From: Acidobacteriota bacterium
GTDB taxonomy: Bacteria > Acidobacteriota > UBA6911 > RPQK01 > JAJDTT01
DNA length: 64,000 nucleotides
Assembly: GCA_965209055.1 (NCBI GenBank)
Contig: OZ242374.1
Coordinates: 3,840,001-3,904,000 of the forward strand
Direction: 5' to 3'
How positions within the stretch are numbered: position 1 is the stretch's first letter; each line of letters opens with the position of its first letter. The notes under the pieces were generated by a model, which made no database searches, had not been told where the DNA came from, and saw only the letters and a program-made list of their open reading frames with translations. Positions 8,590 through 17,263 of this stretch are shown in pieces. Position numbers and translations under genes: made by a program.

Positions 8590-9582
8590 GTGCCCATGAG
8601 ACATCGAGCACGAATTGGATTTCTAGTGACCCTTGCCCTTTTGCTGGTGTTCTCGGCGCCGGCCTGCGGGCCGGCAACGGAAGAAGACGGCCGCATGAAG
8701 ATCGCCGGGATGTTCATGCAGGAGGACCAGTTTTTCCGTCTGGTCCGGTTCGGTATGCAGCAGGCCGCCAAGGAGGAGGGTGCCGAGCTGCTGCTCTCCA
8801 CCGTGGACGGCAAGCCGGAAAAGGAGCTCCAACTCGTCAACACCTACATCGCCCGGCAGGTGGATGCCATCGTCCTCTCGCCCCTGAGCGCCACCGCCTC
8901 GGTCACGGCTCTGCGGCGGGCCCACGACGCCGGCATCCAAGTCATCGCCTACAACTCCACTGTCGAGGGCGGAATCCCCGCCGCCTTCATCGAGAGCGAC
9001 CAGTCCAACCTGGGCTCCCAGACCGGTGATGCGGCCCGCACATACATCGAGGAGAAACTGGGCGGACAGGCCCAGATCGCCATTCTGGCCTTCAAGTCGG
9101 CGCTGACGGAGCAGAGCGAAGCCCGGACCAACGGTTTCAAGAGCCGGGTCACCGATCTGCCCGGAGTCGAGATCGTGGCCGAGCAGGATGCCTGGCTGCC
9201 GGAGATGGGTATCCGCAAGGCGGGCGACATCCTCACGGCCAATCCCGGGATCGACCTGATCTGGTGCGCCAACGAGGGGGGAACGGTGGGCGCCGTCATG
9301 GCGGTCAAGAGCGCCGGACGGGGAGGCGAGGTCGTCGTCTTCGGGACCGACGTGAGCGACCAGATGCTTGGTTTCCTCCTGGCGGAGGACCAGATTCTGC
9401 AGGCCGTCACCGGCCAGAAGCCCTTCGAAATCGGCTACCAGTCCGTCAAAGCGGCCGTCGCCGTGATCCAGGGGAGGGAAGTCGAGAGCCACGTCTCCAT
9501 GTCCGGGGTGTTGCTTGAGCGCAGGGATCTCGAGATCGTTCGCGCCTACCGGGCCCGGCTCCAGGAACTCATCGCCAACTAA
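8590..9582 (+). CDS. Sugar ABC transporter substrate-binding lipoprotein (RbsB-like)
   Basis: Signal peptide with lipobox APAC; periplasmic-binding-protein type I motifs (VDAIVLSP, IWCANEGG, VFGTD). Confidence 0.9.
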   Translation: MPMRHRARIGFLVTLALLLVFSAPACGPATEEDGRMKIAGMFMQEDQFFRLVRFGMQQAAKEEGAELLLSTVDGKPEKELQLVNTYIARQVDAIVLSPLSATASVTALRRAHDAGIQVIAYNSTVEGGIPAAFIESDQSNLGSQTGDAARTYIEEKLGGQAQIAILAFKSALTEQSEARTNGFKSRVTDLPGVEIVAEQDAWLPEMGIRKAGDILTANPGIDLIWCANEGGTVGAVMAVKSAGRGGEVVVFGTDVSDQMLGFLLAEDQILQAVTGQKPFEIGYQSVKAAVAVIQGREVESHVSMSGVLLERRDLEIVRAYRARLQELIAN

Positions 9583-9584
9583 CC

Positions 9585-11078
9585 GTGAATCCCGTCTCCA
9601 AGCCGATCCAGCTCGAAGCCCGCGGGATCCGGAAGGAATATCCGGGGACCGTCGCCCTCAAGGACGTCTCGGTCCGGTTCGAAGGGGGCAAGGTGCACGC
9701 GCTCATCGGCCGGAACGGCGCCGGGAAGAGCACCCTGGTCCGAATTTTGGCCGGCTCCACTCAACCCACTGCGGGCCAGGTCCTGCTTGACGGCGAACCC
9801 GTCGAGTTGAGATCGCCCGGCGACGCCTTCCAACGGGGGATCGCCACCGTCTACCAGGAGCTGAGCCTGGTGCCGGGGTTGAGCGTGGCCGAGAACATCC
9901 TCCTGGGACGGATGCCCCGAAACCGGGGTCCGTTCATCGACTGGGAGTCGGCCGCCGACCGGGCCCGCTCCGTGCTGGCCACCATGGACGTGGAGATGGA
10001 TGTTGACGAGCCGGTGGGCCGGTTGGGCTTCGCCCAGCAGCAGACGGTGGAGATCGCCAAGGCCATGTCCTTCCGGCCTTCGGTCCTGATGCTGGACGAG
10101 CCGACGTCGGGACTGGCGCGGCACGAAACCCGCAGCCTCTTTCGGCTCGTGCGCCAACTGGCGGAACAGGGAGTAGCCATCCTCTACATCTCCCACCGGC
10201 TCCAGGAGCTGAGGGAGATCGCCGACCGGGTCACCGTCCTTCGGGACGGCAATCACGTGGCGACAGTTGAGATGGAGGAAACCACGGACGGGGAGATCGT
10301 TCACTACATGTTCGGGGAGACCGTGCAGAAGGAGCGTCCCGCCGATCTCCTGGCCGGCCGGGAGCCGGTGCTGCAGGTTCGGGGACTGTCCCGGGGCGAG
10401 GAATTCCAGGACGTGAATCTGACCCTTCACCGGGGAGAGATCCTGGGGATCGCCGGCATGCTGGGATCGGGACGCACCGAGTTGCTCAAGTCGATCTTCG
10501 GAGCCCTGCCGTTCAATCATGGTGACATTCTCGTCTCCGAGAAGACTTACGAAAAAGTTTCTCCTTCCGAAATGAAGAATCTTGGTCTCGGGTTCGCCCC
10601 CGAGGACCGGAAACAGGAGGGACTGGTCCAGACCCAGAGCATCCGGTCCAACCTCTGCCTGGCCAGTCTGGACCGGATTTCGAGTCGGGGATTCCTGAAC
10701 CGGCGGCGGGAGCGGAGACTGATCCGGGAGCAGGTGGATCGCCTGCACATCAAGGCCCCCGACGTGGAGGAGGCCGTCTCCTCGCTCAGCGGAGGCAACC
10801 AACAGAAGGTTGTGGTGGGAAAGTGGCTCGGCACCTCATTGCAGGTGCTGCTCCTGGACGAGCCCACGCGCGGGATCGATCTCCAGGCCAAGCAGCAGAT
10901 CTTCCAATTGATGTGGGACCTGAGCCGCCAGGGGATCGCCGTACTGTTCGTCTCCAGCGAGCTTGAGGAACTGGTGGAGGTGTGCCACCGTATCCTGGTC
11001 ATGAAGCACGGCCGGATCGAGCAGGAAGTCCGGCCCGAAAACACCACCGCCGACCAACTCTTCGTCCAGTGCATGTAA
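9585..11078 (+). CDS. Sugar ABC transporter ATP-binding protein (RbsA-like, tandem ABC)
   Basis: GRNGAGKST, LDEPT twice, LSGGNQQKVV. Confidence 0.95.
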   Translation: MNPVSKPIQLEARGIRKEYPGTVALKDVSVRFEGGKVHALIGRNGAGKSTLVRILAGSTQPTAGQVLLDGEPVELRSPGDAFQRGIATVYQELSLVPGLSVAENILLGRMPRNRGPFIDWESAADRARSVLATMDVEMDVDEPVGRLGFAQQQTVEIAKAMSFRPSVLMLDEPTSGLARHETRSLFRLVRQLAEQGVAILYISHRLQELREIADRVTVLRDGNHVATVEMEETTDGEIVHYMFGETVQKERPADLLAGREPVLQVRGLSRGEEFQDVNLTLHRGEILGIAGMLGSGRTELLKSIFGALPFNHGDILVSEKTYEKVSPSEMKNLGLGFAPEDRKQEGLVQTQSIRSNLCLASLDRISSRGFLNRRRERRLIREQVDRLHIKAPDVEEAVSSLSGGNQQKVVVGKWLGTSLQVLLLDEPTRGIDLQAKQQIFQLMWDLSRQGIAVLFVSSELEELVEVCHRILVMKHGRIEQEVRPENTTADQLFVQCM

Positions 11079-11101
11079 TCCGGCTGACCCCTTCCCAAGT
11101 G

Positions 11102-12052
11102 ATGGCCTGGGCCCGAAGCTCCATCCTGGAGCTGGTCCTGGTGGTCCTCTGCCTGGTGCTGGCGTTTCAGGCGGAGGGCTTCCTCACCGTAGTCAACCTG
11201 CTCAACGTCCTGCGGAACGTCTCCATGCAGGGGATCATCGCCTTCGGCATGACCATGGTCATCATCTCCGGCGAGATCGACCTGAGCGTGGGATCTGCCG
11301 TGGCCTTCGCCGGGTGCGTCACCGCCTGGCTGACGCAGTGGCTGGCCGCCCTGGGAGTAGCCATGCTGGTGGCTCTTCCCCTGGCCATGGTCTCGACGCT
11401 CCTGGTGGGCATGAGCATCGGAGCCCTGACGGGCCTGATCCGGGTCCGATTCGCCGTCCCCAGCTTCATCATCACCCTGGCCTGGATGACCGTGCTGACG
11501 GGAGTCGCCCAGCTCATCACCGGCGGCTTTCCGCTGACCCCCTTTCCCGAGTGGTACAACTTCTTCGGGGGCGGCTACCTGTTCGGCGTGCCCTTTCCGG
11601 CGCTGGTCTTCCTGCTGGTCTTCCTCACCACCCATGTCCTCATGGGCTACACCTCGTTCGGGCGTTCCGTCTATGCCGTGGGAGGGAATCCGGAGGCGGC
11701 ACGCCTCAGCGGGATCCGGGTCGGCCGGGTGAAGGTGGTGGTGATGGCCAGCGTGGCCTTTTTGGCCGCCCTGGCAGGGATCATGCAGTCGGCCCAGATC
11801 ATGGCCGGATCGGCGACGACGGCGCGGGGTTGGGAACTGGACGTCATCGCCTCGGTCATCATCGGCGGAACCAGCCTTATGGGCGGGGAGGGGAGGATCC
11901 GGGGCACCCTGATGGGCGTCATCTTCCTGGGCATCCTGGTCAACGGAATGACGTTGATGAACATCAACGAGTACTGGCAGTACGTGGTCCGGGGCACCCT
12001 CATCCTGGCCGCGGTTCTCGTCAACCGGATCAACGAGCGGTCTCGGGACTAG
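11102..12052 (+). CDS. Sugar ABC transporter permease (RbsC-like)
   Basis: GEIDLSVGS, FGRSVYAVGGNPEAARLSGI, ELDVIASVIIGGTSL. Start placed at ATG 11102. Confidence 0.92.
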   Translation: MAWARSSILELVLVVLCLVLAFQAEGFLTVVNLLNVLRNVSMQGIIAFGMTMVIISGEIDLSVGSAVAFAGCVTAWLTQWLAALGVAMLVALPLAMVSTLLVGMSIGALTGLIRVRFAVPSFIITLAWMTVLTGVAQLITGGFPLTPFPEWYNFFGGGYLFGVPFPALVFLLVFLTTHVLMGYTSFGRSVYAVGGNPEAARLSGIRVGRVKVVVMASVAFLAALAGIMQSAQIMAGSATTARGWELDVIASVIIGGTSLMGGEGRIRGTLMGVIFLGILVNGMTLMNINEYWQYVVRGTLILAAVLVNRINERSRD

Positions 12053-13116
12053 CTATCCAGAGTCAATCGTCCGTCGCGGACGATACAACGCGACCCGGCC
12101 AAAACGGTCGCGCCGGGACAGGTCAGATCCATATTCAGGGTGGATTCGTTCTTTCCACCCAGGTACCTGTTTTCTCCCAAAGCAAAGAACAGCATCCCTG
12201 ATTTACATTCGTCAACGCCTATGTTTCCCGTTGGGGAGTGGATGCCCGGGTTGACTCCAATCCCGATGTGGCTGATTCGATCACGGTGGCCGGAATGTGT
12301 GCCGACAAAGTCCGTAAAGGACTTGGGGCTGTTGGCTGCCGAAATGCCGGAAATACGGCCGTCCACAAAGGTAAGAATCAGATCGCGGACGTTTCTCCAC
12401 CGTTCAATACAAATGGAGCCTTGAACGGTGGGTTCCGGTACGGTAAACGATACCGCACCGAACGGCAGGTTCAGAACGAAACTGTCGCTGAGGCGGCCAT
12501 CGTTCTCGAATACGGGTCTGTCGCCAAGCTGACACTCCAGGCGGCCGCTATTGGGAGTCCTGATGTCCAGGACGCTTCCATTTTCAATGATCTGCTTGAC
12601 GGACCGTACACGCCGGTCCAATTCGATCCTGTCCACGTCAATCGAGTTCTCCATTGCGCGATAGATGTCCCCTCTCGGGACCAGGAGCTCATCCTGTGGC
12701 ACCGCGCCCGGATGCGCGATCATGCAGTTGGGAACGCGCCTGGATTCCTGTTGATGCAAAAGCATTCCTATGGCTTGGTTCCATGCCTGAAGCCGTTCGG
12801 GAGGACAAGAATCCGTCAATGGACGCCAGTCACGCTCGATGACGATGGCGGCAGCGGCCCTGGTGGCGAGGTCCAATAGAAACGGTGACGGAGATCGAAG
12901 CCGCTCAATGGGCAACGTCCGAATGCGTTCCGCCTCGTGAGCAATCGAGGTGACGTTGAGGCAGGGGATCGCCTTGGCTCTTTCTACCGCGAGCGATACG
13001 GCTTCGATGCATTTCCACATGGCAGCGTCGCCGCGAATTTCAACGAACTGACCTGCCTGAATCTCCAGGCCGGCGACGGCCATGTCCGCCAGCTTCTTGT
13101 AGAGCAATGGCGACAC
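12049..13116 (-). CDS. Peptidase M29 (AmpS/AmpT)-like protein with degenerate metal ligands
   Basis: NLPFGAV, LTFVDGRI, IGIGVNP, DECKSG..FALGEN..GGKNES motifs. Confidence 0.7.
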   Translation of the reverse strand: MSPLLYKKLADMAVAGLEIQAGQFVEIRGDAAMWKCIEAVSLAVERAKAIPCLNVTSIAHEAERIRTLPIERLRSPSPFLLDLATRAAAAIVIERDWRPLTDSCPPERLQAWNQAIGMLLHQQESRRVPNCMIAHPGAVPQDELLVPRGDIYRAMENSIDVDRIELDRRVRSVKQIIENGSVLDIRTPNSGRLECQLGDRPVFENDGRLSDSFVLNLPFGAVSFTVPEPTVQGSICIERWRNVRDLILTFVDGRISGISAANSPKSFTDFVGTHSGHRDRISHIGIGVNPGIHSPTGNIGVDECKSGMLFFALGENRYLGGKNESTLNMDLTCPGATVLAGSRCIVRDGRLTLDS

Positions 13117-13454
13117 TAAACTCCCTTGTCGCCAGGTCGAACGGAGAAATCCCGCCGGTCCCGGTAGAGTCGAGCCCGGTTCAGGACAAACTCATGTTTG
13201 GTCGCATCCAAATCGATATTCATGCAGGGGGTGTAGGTCCAATACTTGTACTCCCCGATGAAGAGGTAGGTGAACGACTTGCTGAAGAACTTCCCGTCGA
13301 TCCCCTCGCCGTCCCGGATGCGTTCGCAGAAGGCCTCAAGTAGCGCCTGCTGCTTGTCCTTCCTGATGAGAACGTACTCGTGCGGCCAGGTATTGCGGTA
13401 GGTCTTGGCCTCGCGCCACGGCGCTCTCGCGATCAACTCCGTCAAGTTCGGCAC
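13116..13454 (-). CDS. Hypothetical protein
   Basis: 112 aa with protein-like composition (WREAKTY..WPHEY..YKYWT); coupled to the downstream gene. Confidence 0.65.
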   Translation of the reverse strand: MPNLTELIARAPWREAKTYRNTWPHEYVLIRKDKQQALLEAFCERIRDGEGIDGKFFSKSFTYLFIGEYKYWTYTPCMNIDLDATKHEFVLNRARLYRDRRDFSVRPGDKGV

Positions 13455-13485
13455 GAATACCCCGTTGCTGCGATTCGTGCTTTGC

Positions 13486-14418
13486 TCACGCCGCGGGCCG
13501 CACCGCCTTGACCAGTTCGCGAATGTGTTCGGGAGTAGTCCCGCAGCAGCCGCCGATGATCTTGATTCCCATATCGGCCATGCGGCGAAAGCGTTTCGCC
13601 ATCCAGCGCGGCTCTTCGTCGTAGACGATCTTCATGTCCACCAGTTTGGGGATGCCGGCGTTGGAGTGAACCACCAGCGGCTGGTCGGTCAGATCCGTCA
13701 TGATGTCGGAGATCTCCACCATTCTCTCGATGCCGTTCCCGCAGTTGGTTCCCACCACGTCGGCGCCGGCGGCGTCCAACTTGAGGACGCCCTGCTCGGG
13801 AGAAATTCCCATCATGGTGAAGTAGCCGCGCGGACCCTTGTCGAAGGTCATGGAGACCAGGACCGGAAGCCCGGTGGCCTCCTTGGCGGCCTGAACGGCC
13901 AGCGTCGCCTCTTCCACCGCGGTCATGGTTTCGGCCAGGATCGCATCGGCGCCCCCTTCGGCCAAGGCAGACGCCTGCTCGGCAAAGGCTTCGAACATTT
14001 CCCGTTCGGTGACCTCGCCCAGCGGCTCGACGAACTCCCCCGTAGGTCCCATGGAACCCACGACGTAGCAGTCGTCGCCGGCGCCCTCGCGGGCGAGTTG
14101 GGCCGCCAGTTTGTTGAAGCGGTGAAGCTGGTCGCCGTAGCCGTATTTCTTGAGCATGAAGCGGTTGCCGCCGAAGGAATTGGTGAGCACCATCTCCGAT
14201 CCCGCCTCGGAGTAGGCGGCGGACATTCCCCGAACGATGTCGGGATGGTCGGCGTTGAAGGCCTCGGGACAACCGCCCGGCTCCAGGCCGTGCATCTGGA
14301 GGTAGGTTCCGGTGGCCCCATCCGAGATGATGGGTACATCCTGGGCCAATCGGCTCAACAACGGCGGCCTGGGCATAGCCGGAACAGGATACTCGGATTT
14401 TTCAATTGGAGTCGACAA
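13486..14418 (-). CDS. Homocysteine S-methyltransferase family protein (stand-alone MetH Hcy-binding domain)
   Basis: DGATGTYL, GSMGPTG, GTNCG, IIGGCCGTTPEHI zinc motif. Confidence 0.92.
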   Translation of the reverse strand: MSTPIEKSEYPVPAMPRPPLLSRLAQDVPIISDGATGTYLQMHGLEPGGCPEAFNADHPDIVRGMSAAYSEAGSEMVLTNSFGGNRFMLKKYGYGDQLHRFNKLAAQLAREGAGDDCYVVGSMGPTGEFVEPLGEVTEREMFEAFAEQASALAEGGADAILAETMTAVEEATLAVQAAKEATGLPVLVSMTFDKGPRGYFTMMGISPEQGVLKLDAAGADVVGTNCGNGIERMVEISDIMTDLTDQPLVVHSNAGIPKLVDMKIVYDEEPRWMAKRFRRMADMGIKIIGGCCGTTPEHIRELVKAVRPAA

Positions 14419-14790
14419 ATCGCACCGGGGCTATTGCGCACAGACGAAATTCGAGGAGGTCGTCCAGACAGCGAAAATGGACGAGTTCCCGTGATCGTTG
14501 GGGGCGCGAATGGCCATGAATGACGGCCGTCCGAGTTTTCAGGCAGAATTCTACTGAAATGAAACGCAGAATCTACACCGACACCTCCGTGATTGGGGGT
14601 GTCCTTGATGTGGAATTCACTCAGTCGTCACAGATCCTGATGGATACGTTCAGGCATGGTGAGGCGACGTTGGTGATTTCAAACCTTACGGAGCTGGAGC
14701 TTTTGTCGGCTCCGTCCGGTGTACAAGCCACGCTAGCTCAAGTGCCGGAGGTGCACCGGGAACGCGTTGAGATGACGGAAGAGGCGTTAG

Positions 14791-15981
14791 GGAAGGTCTG
14801 ATTAAGTCGAGTCAGCGTTCTGCACGATAATTCTTTCATCATCACTGCGTTGGGGGGAAAGACGATGTCGCAACGGACGTTCGCAGATCTGGAATACGAC
14901 ACCAAGAAGCGGGTGACCCGTCGAGAGAAGTTTCTGGCCCGCATGGACGGGTTGATTCCGTGGGAGCATTTGGAAGCCCGGATTGAGCCGTTTTACCCGA
15001 AAGCGGGACGGGGCCGGCGTCCCTACCCGCTCTCGACGATGCTGCGGGTTCACTGCGTGCAGCTGTTTTACAACCTGAGCGATCCGGGGATGGAGGATCT
15101 GCTCTATGAGGTGGAATCGGTGCGGCGGTTCGTGGGCCTGAAGCTCACGGGGCCGCTGCCGGACGAGACGACGATTCTGAAGTTCCGTCATCGGCTGGAG
15201 GAGCATGGTCTGGGGGAGGCGCTGTTCGAGGAGATCGGTTCTCACCTGCAGCGGCAAGGCCTGCGGCTGAGCCGTGGGACGATCGTGGACGCGAGTATCC
15301 TGGCGGCGCCTTCCTCGACGAAAAACAAGGATCGGGCGCGGGATCCGGAGATGCACCAGACGAAAAAGGGAAAACAGTGGTATTTCGGAATGAAGGCCCA
15401 CTTGGGGGTGGACGCCCAGACGGGGGTGGCGCACACGGTGGTGACGGCTCCGGCCAACGAGCATGACGTGACGCGGGCCTCCGAATTGCTGCACGGCTCG
15501 GAGTCGCAAGTTTGGGGGGATTCCGGATACCAGGGAGTGCAGAAGCGGTCGGAGAATCGAGATCGGCCGATGGATTGGCAGGTGATGATGAAGCCCGGGA
15601 AGCGTTGGCAGCTGTCGCCGGAGAGTGAGGCGGCGTTGGCCGAGCGGCGCAAGGCATCGGTTCGGGCGAAGGCCGAACATGTGTTCGGGTACCTGAAACG
15701 GCATTTCGGCTACGCCAAGGTGCGCTACCGCGGGCTGGCGAAAAACACCCAACGGATCTATCTGCTGGTGGGATTCGCCAATCTGATGATCGCCGAGCGC
15801 TCCGGTGTGACCGCCTGATCGGAATGCGGCACGGCTGTGTTTGAGGCTGGGGAAACCGTCTCGCAATCGCTTGGTCAAGACCAATTCAGGGTTGCAAATC
15901 CCACGTTACAACGTCTGGATCCGAAAAAGGCAGAGATACAAGGTCTGTTTCGCCCCGTATGAGGACTTATTCAGACCTTCC
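14791..15981 (+). mobile_element. IS5-family insertion sequence, 1191 bp
   Basis: TIRs GGAAGGTCTGATTAAGTC / GACTTATTCAGACCTTCC (17/18). TTAG target duplication at 14787-14790 and 15982-15985. Confidence 0.95.
14865..15818 (+). CDS. IS5-family DDE transposase
   Basis: GTIVDASI, RDPEMHQTKKGKQWYFGMKAH, WGDSGYQG, RAKAEHVF..KVRYRGLAKN. Confidence 0.97.
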   Translation: MSQRTFADLEYDTKKRVTRREKFLARMDGLIPWEHLEARIEPFYPKAGRGRRPYPLSTMLRVHCVQLFYNLSDPGMEDLLYEVESVRRFVGLKLTGPLPDETTILKFRHRLEEHGLGEALFEEIGSHLQRQGLRLSRGTIVDASILAAPSSTKNKDRARDPEMHQTKKGKQWYFGMKAHLGVDAQTGVAHTVVTAPANEHDVTRASELLHGSESQVWGDSGYQGVQKRSENRDRPMDWQVMMKPGKRWQLSPESEAALAERRKASVRAKAEHVFGYLKRHFGYAKVRYRGLAKNTQRIYLLVGFANLMIAERSGVTA

Positions 15982-16204
15982 TTAGTGCTTGCGGGGCTGT
16001 ACATTGACGCCCGCGCCATTGGTCCGGCAAACAGGGCAGACGCCCAACACATAGCCATAGCAACGGTCAGCCGAGTAGATGCGTTGGTGAGTTGGAACTT
16101 CAAACATATAGTGAACTTGAAGCGAATACAGGCTTATAATTCGGTGAATCTACGTGAAGGCTATCCTATCCTGGAGATTCGAACTCCCAGGGAGGTCATC
16201 GACT

Positions 16205-16417
16205 ATGGCAATGATTGAGAAAAAGTTCGACGCTGTGCAGGTGATGCGCTCGATTCGGGATCGCATCAGTGACGAGATCGATGGCATGACCTTCGAGGAG
16301 GAGCAGTCCTATATCAAAAAGCGCCTTCGGGACGCATCCAACACGCCTGTCATTGGTTCTGGTGACAAAGGATTTCCTGCGCCCGGTAGGCTCGCAAGGC
16401 CAACGAGAGACAACTGA
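16205..16417 (+). CDS. Putative antitoxin partner of the PIN toxin
   Basis: Small ORF (KKFDAVQVMRSIRDRIS..MTFEEE) overlapping the PIN gene stop. Confidence 0.6.
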   Translation: MAMIEKKFDAVQVMRSIRDRISDEIDGMTFEEEQSYIKKRLRDASNTPVIGSGDKGFPAPGRLARPTRDN

Positions 16418-16611
16418 AGTGATGAGAGCCACCAGGCTTGGTCGGCAATCCAAGGTGGCGTTCCGTGTCTGACCGTTGGTCTGACTCCTTGCCTCTTCAT
16501 GCACGCTACCGCTGAGCGGCTCCGGCGACCCTGTCACCCTGTGGACGACCCGTACCCCCACTTGACTCCCCTTGGAGGCGGGGATAGCGTGACCGCACTG
16601 GGGGTGAAGCC

Positions 16612-17196
16612 ATGGAAATACGTGAGGACTTGCGCGAATCGGTCCGGAATTCGTTGCCGGAGTTGTCGGAAATCATCGACGAAAGCCTCCGGAATCTGGT
16701 CGTGGACGCCTGGGCCTACTGCCTGGGCCAGAGCTCCTTCCGGTCCATCGACGAGATTCGCCCCTCGGGCAACCCCGACACCCCTACTCTCAAGGAGGGC
16801 ACCCAGACCGACCACATCCGCGGGGTGACCCGCCTGGCGCTGGCCCTGGGCGACACCCTCAAGGAACAGTTTCCCCAGCTCCCCATCGACCGGGACCTGC
16901 TGGCCGCTTGCGCGCTCTGCCACGACGTGGGCAAGCCCTACGAGTTCGACCCCGAGCGCCAGGCGCGCTGGAGCAGCCGGCCCGCCGCCTCGGGCTGGCC
17001 CCCCATCCGCCATCCCCAGTACGGGACTCACGTCTGCCTGACGGTGGGGTTGCCCGAGGAGGTCTGCCACGCCGCCGGCTGCCACTCGGGCGAGGGGGAG
17101 CTGGTCCGCCGGTCGCTTCACGTGACCATCGTCCACCACGCCGACTATGCCTTCTGGCGGCCTCTGGAGGCGGCCGGCCTGCTGAATTCGGATTGA
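16612..17196 (+). CDS. HD-domain metal-dependent phosphohydrolase
   Basis: DH..ALCHDVGK..RH..H..HHAD. Confidence 0.85.
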   Translation: MEIREDLRESVRNSLPELSEIIDESLRNLVVDAWAYCLGQSSFRSIDEIRPSGNPDTPTLKEGTQTDHIRGVTRLALALGDTLKEQFPQLPIDRDLLAACALCHDVGKPYEFDPERQARWSSRPAASGWPPIRHPQYGTHVCLTVGLPEEVCHAAGCHSGEGELVRRSLHVTIVHHADYAFWRPLEAAGLLNSD

Positions 17197-17263
17197 GGCT
17201 GATTATCCCGGACAGCGCCTGGAAACCGCCCCGGGAGGGTGGATCGGATTTCGGAGGGAAGCG

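Larger units (their letters stand above)
14559..16218 (+). pseudogene. PIN-domain (VapC-like) toxin gene interrupted by IS5
   Basis: IYTDTSV..(14559-14790) joins in frame with ..DAQHIAIAT..LVSWNFKHIVN..(15986-16218) after removing the IS and one TTAG, giving 154 aa. Confidence 0.9.

Noticed and set aside
14478-14490. 13-mer TGGACGAGTTCCC also present at 52581-52593
   Set aside because: A 13-bp match is expected by chance in 64 kb
14471-16493. Possible additional cassette sites flanking the PIN module (GAAAATGGACGAGTTCCC at 14473; TTGGTCTGACTCCTT at 16476)
   Set aside because: Similarity to S1-S3 is too weak to support by eye; it needs PWM scoring
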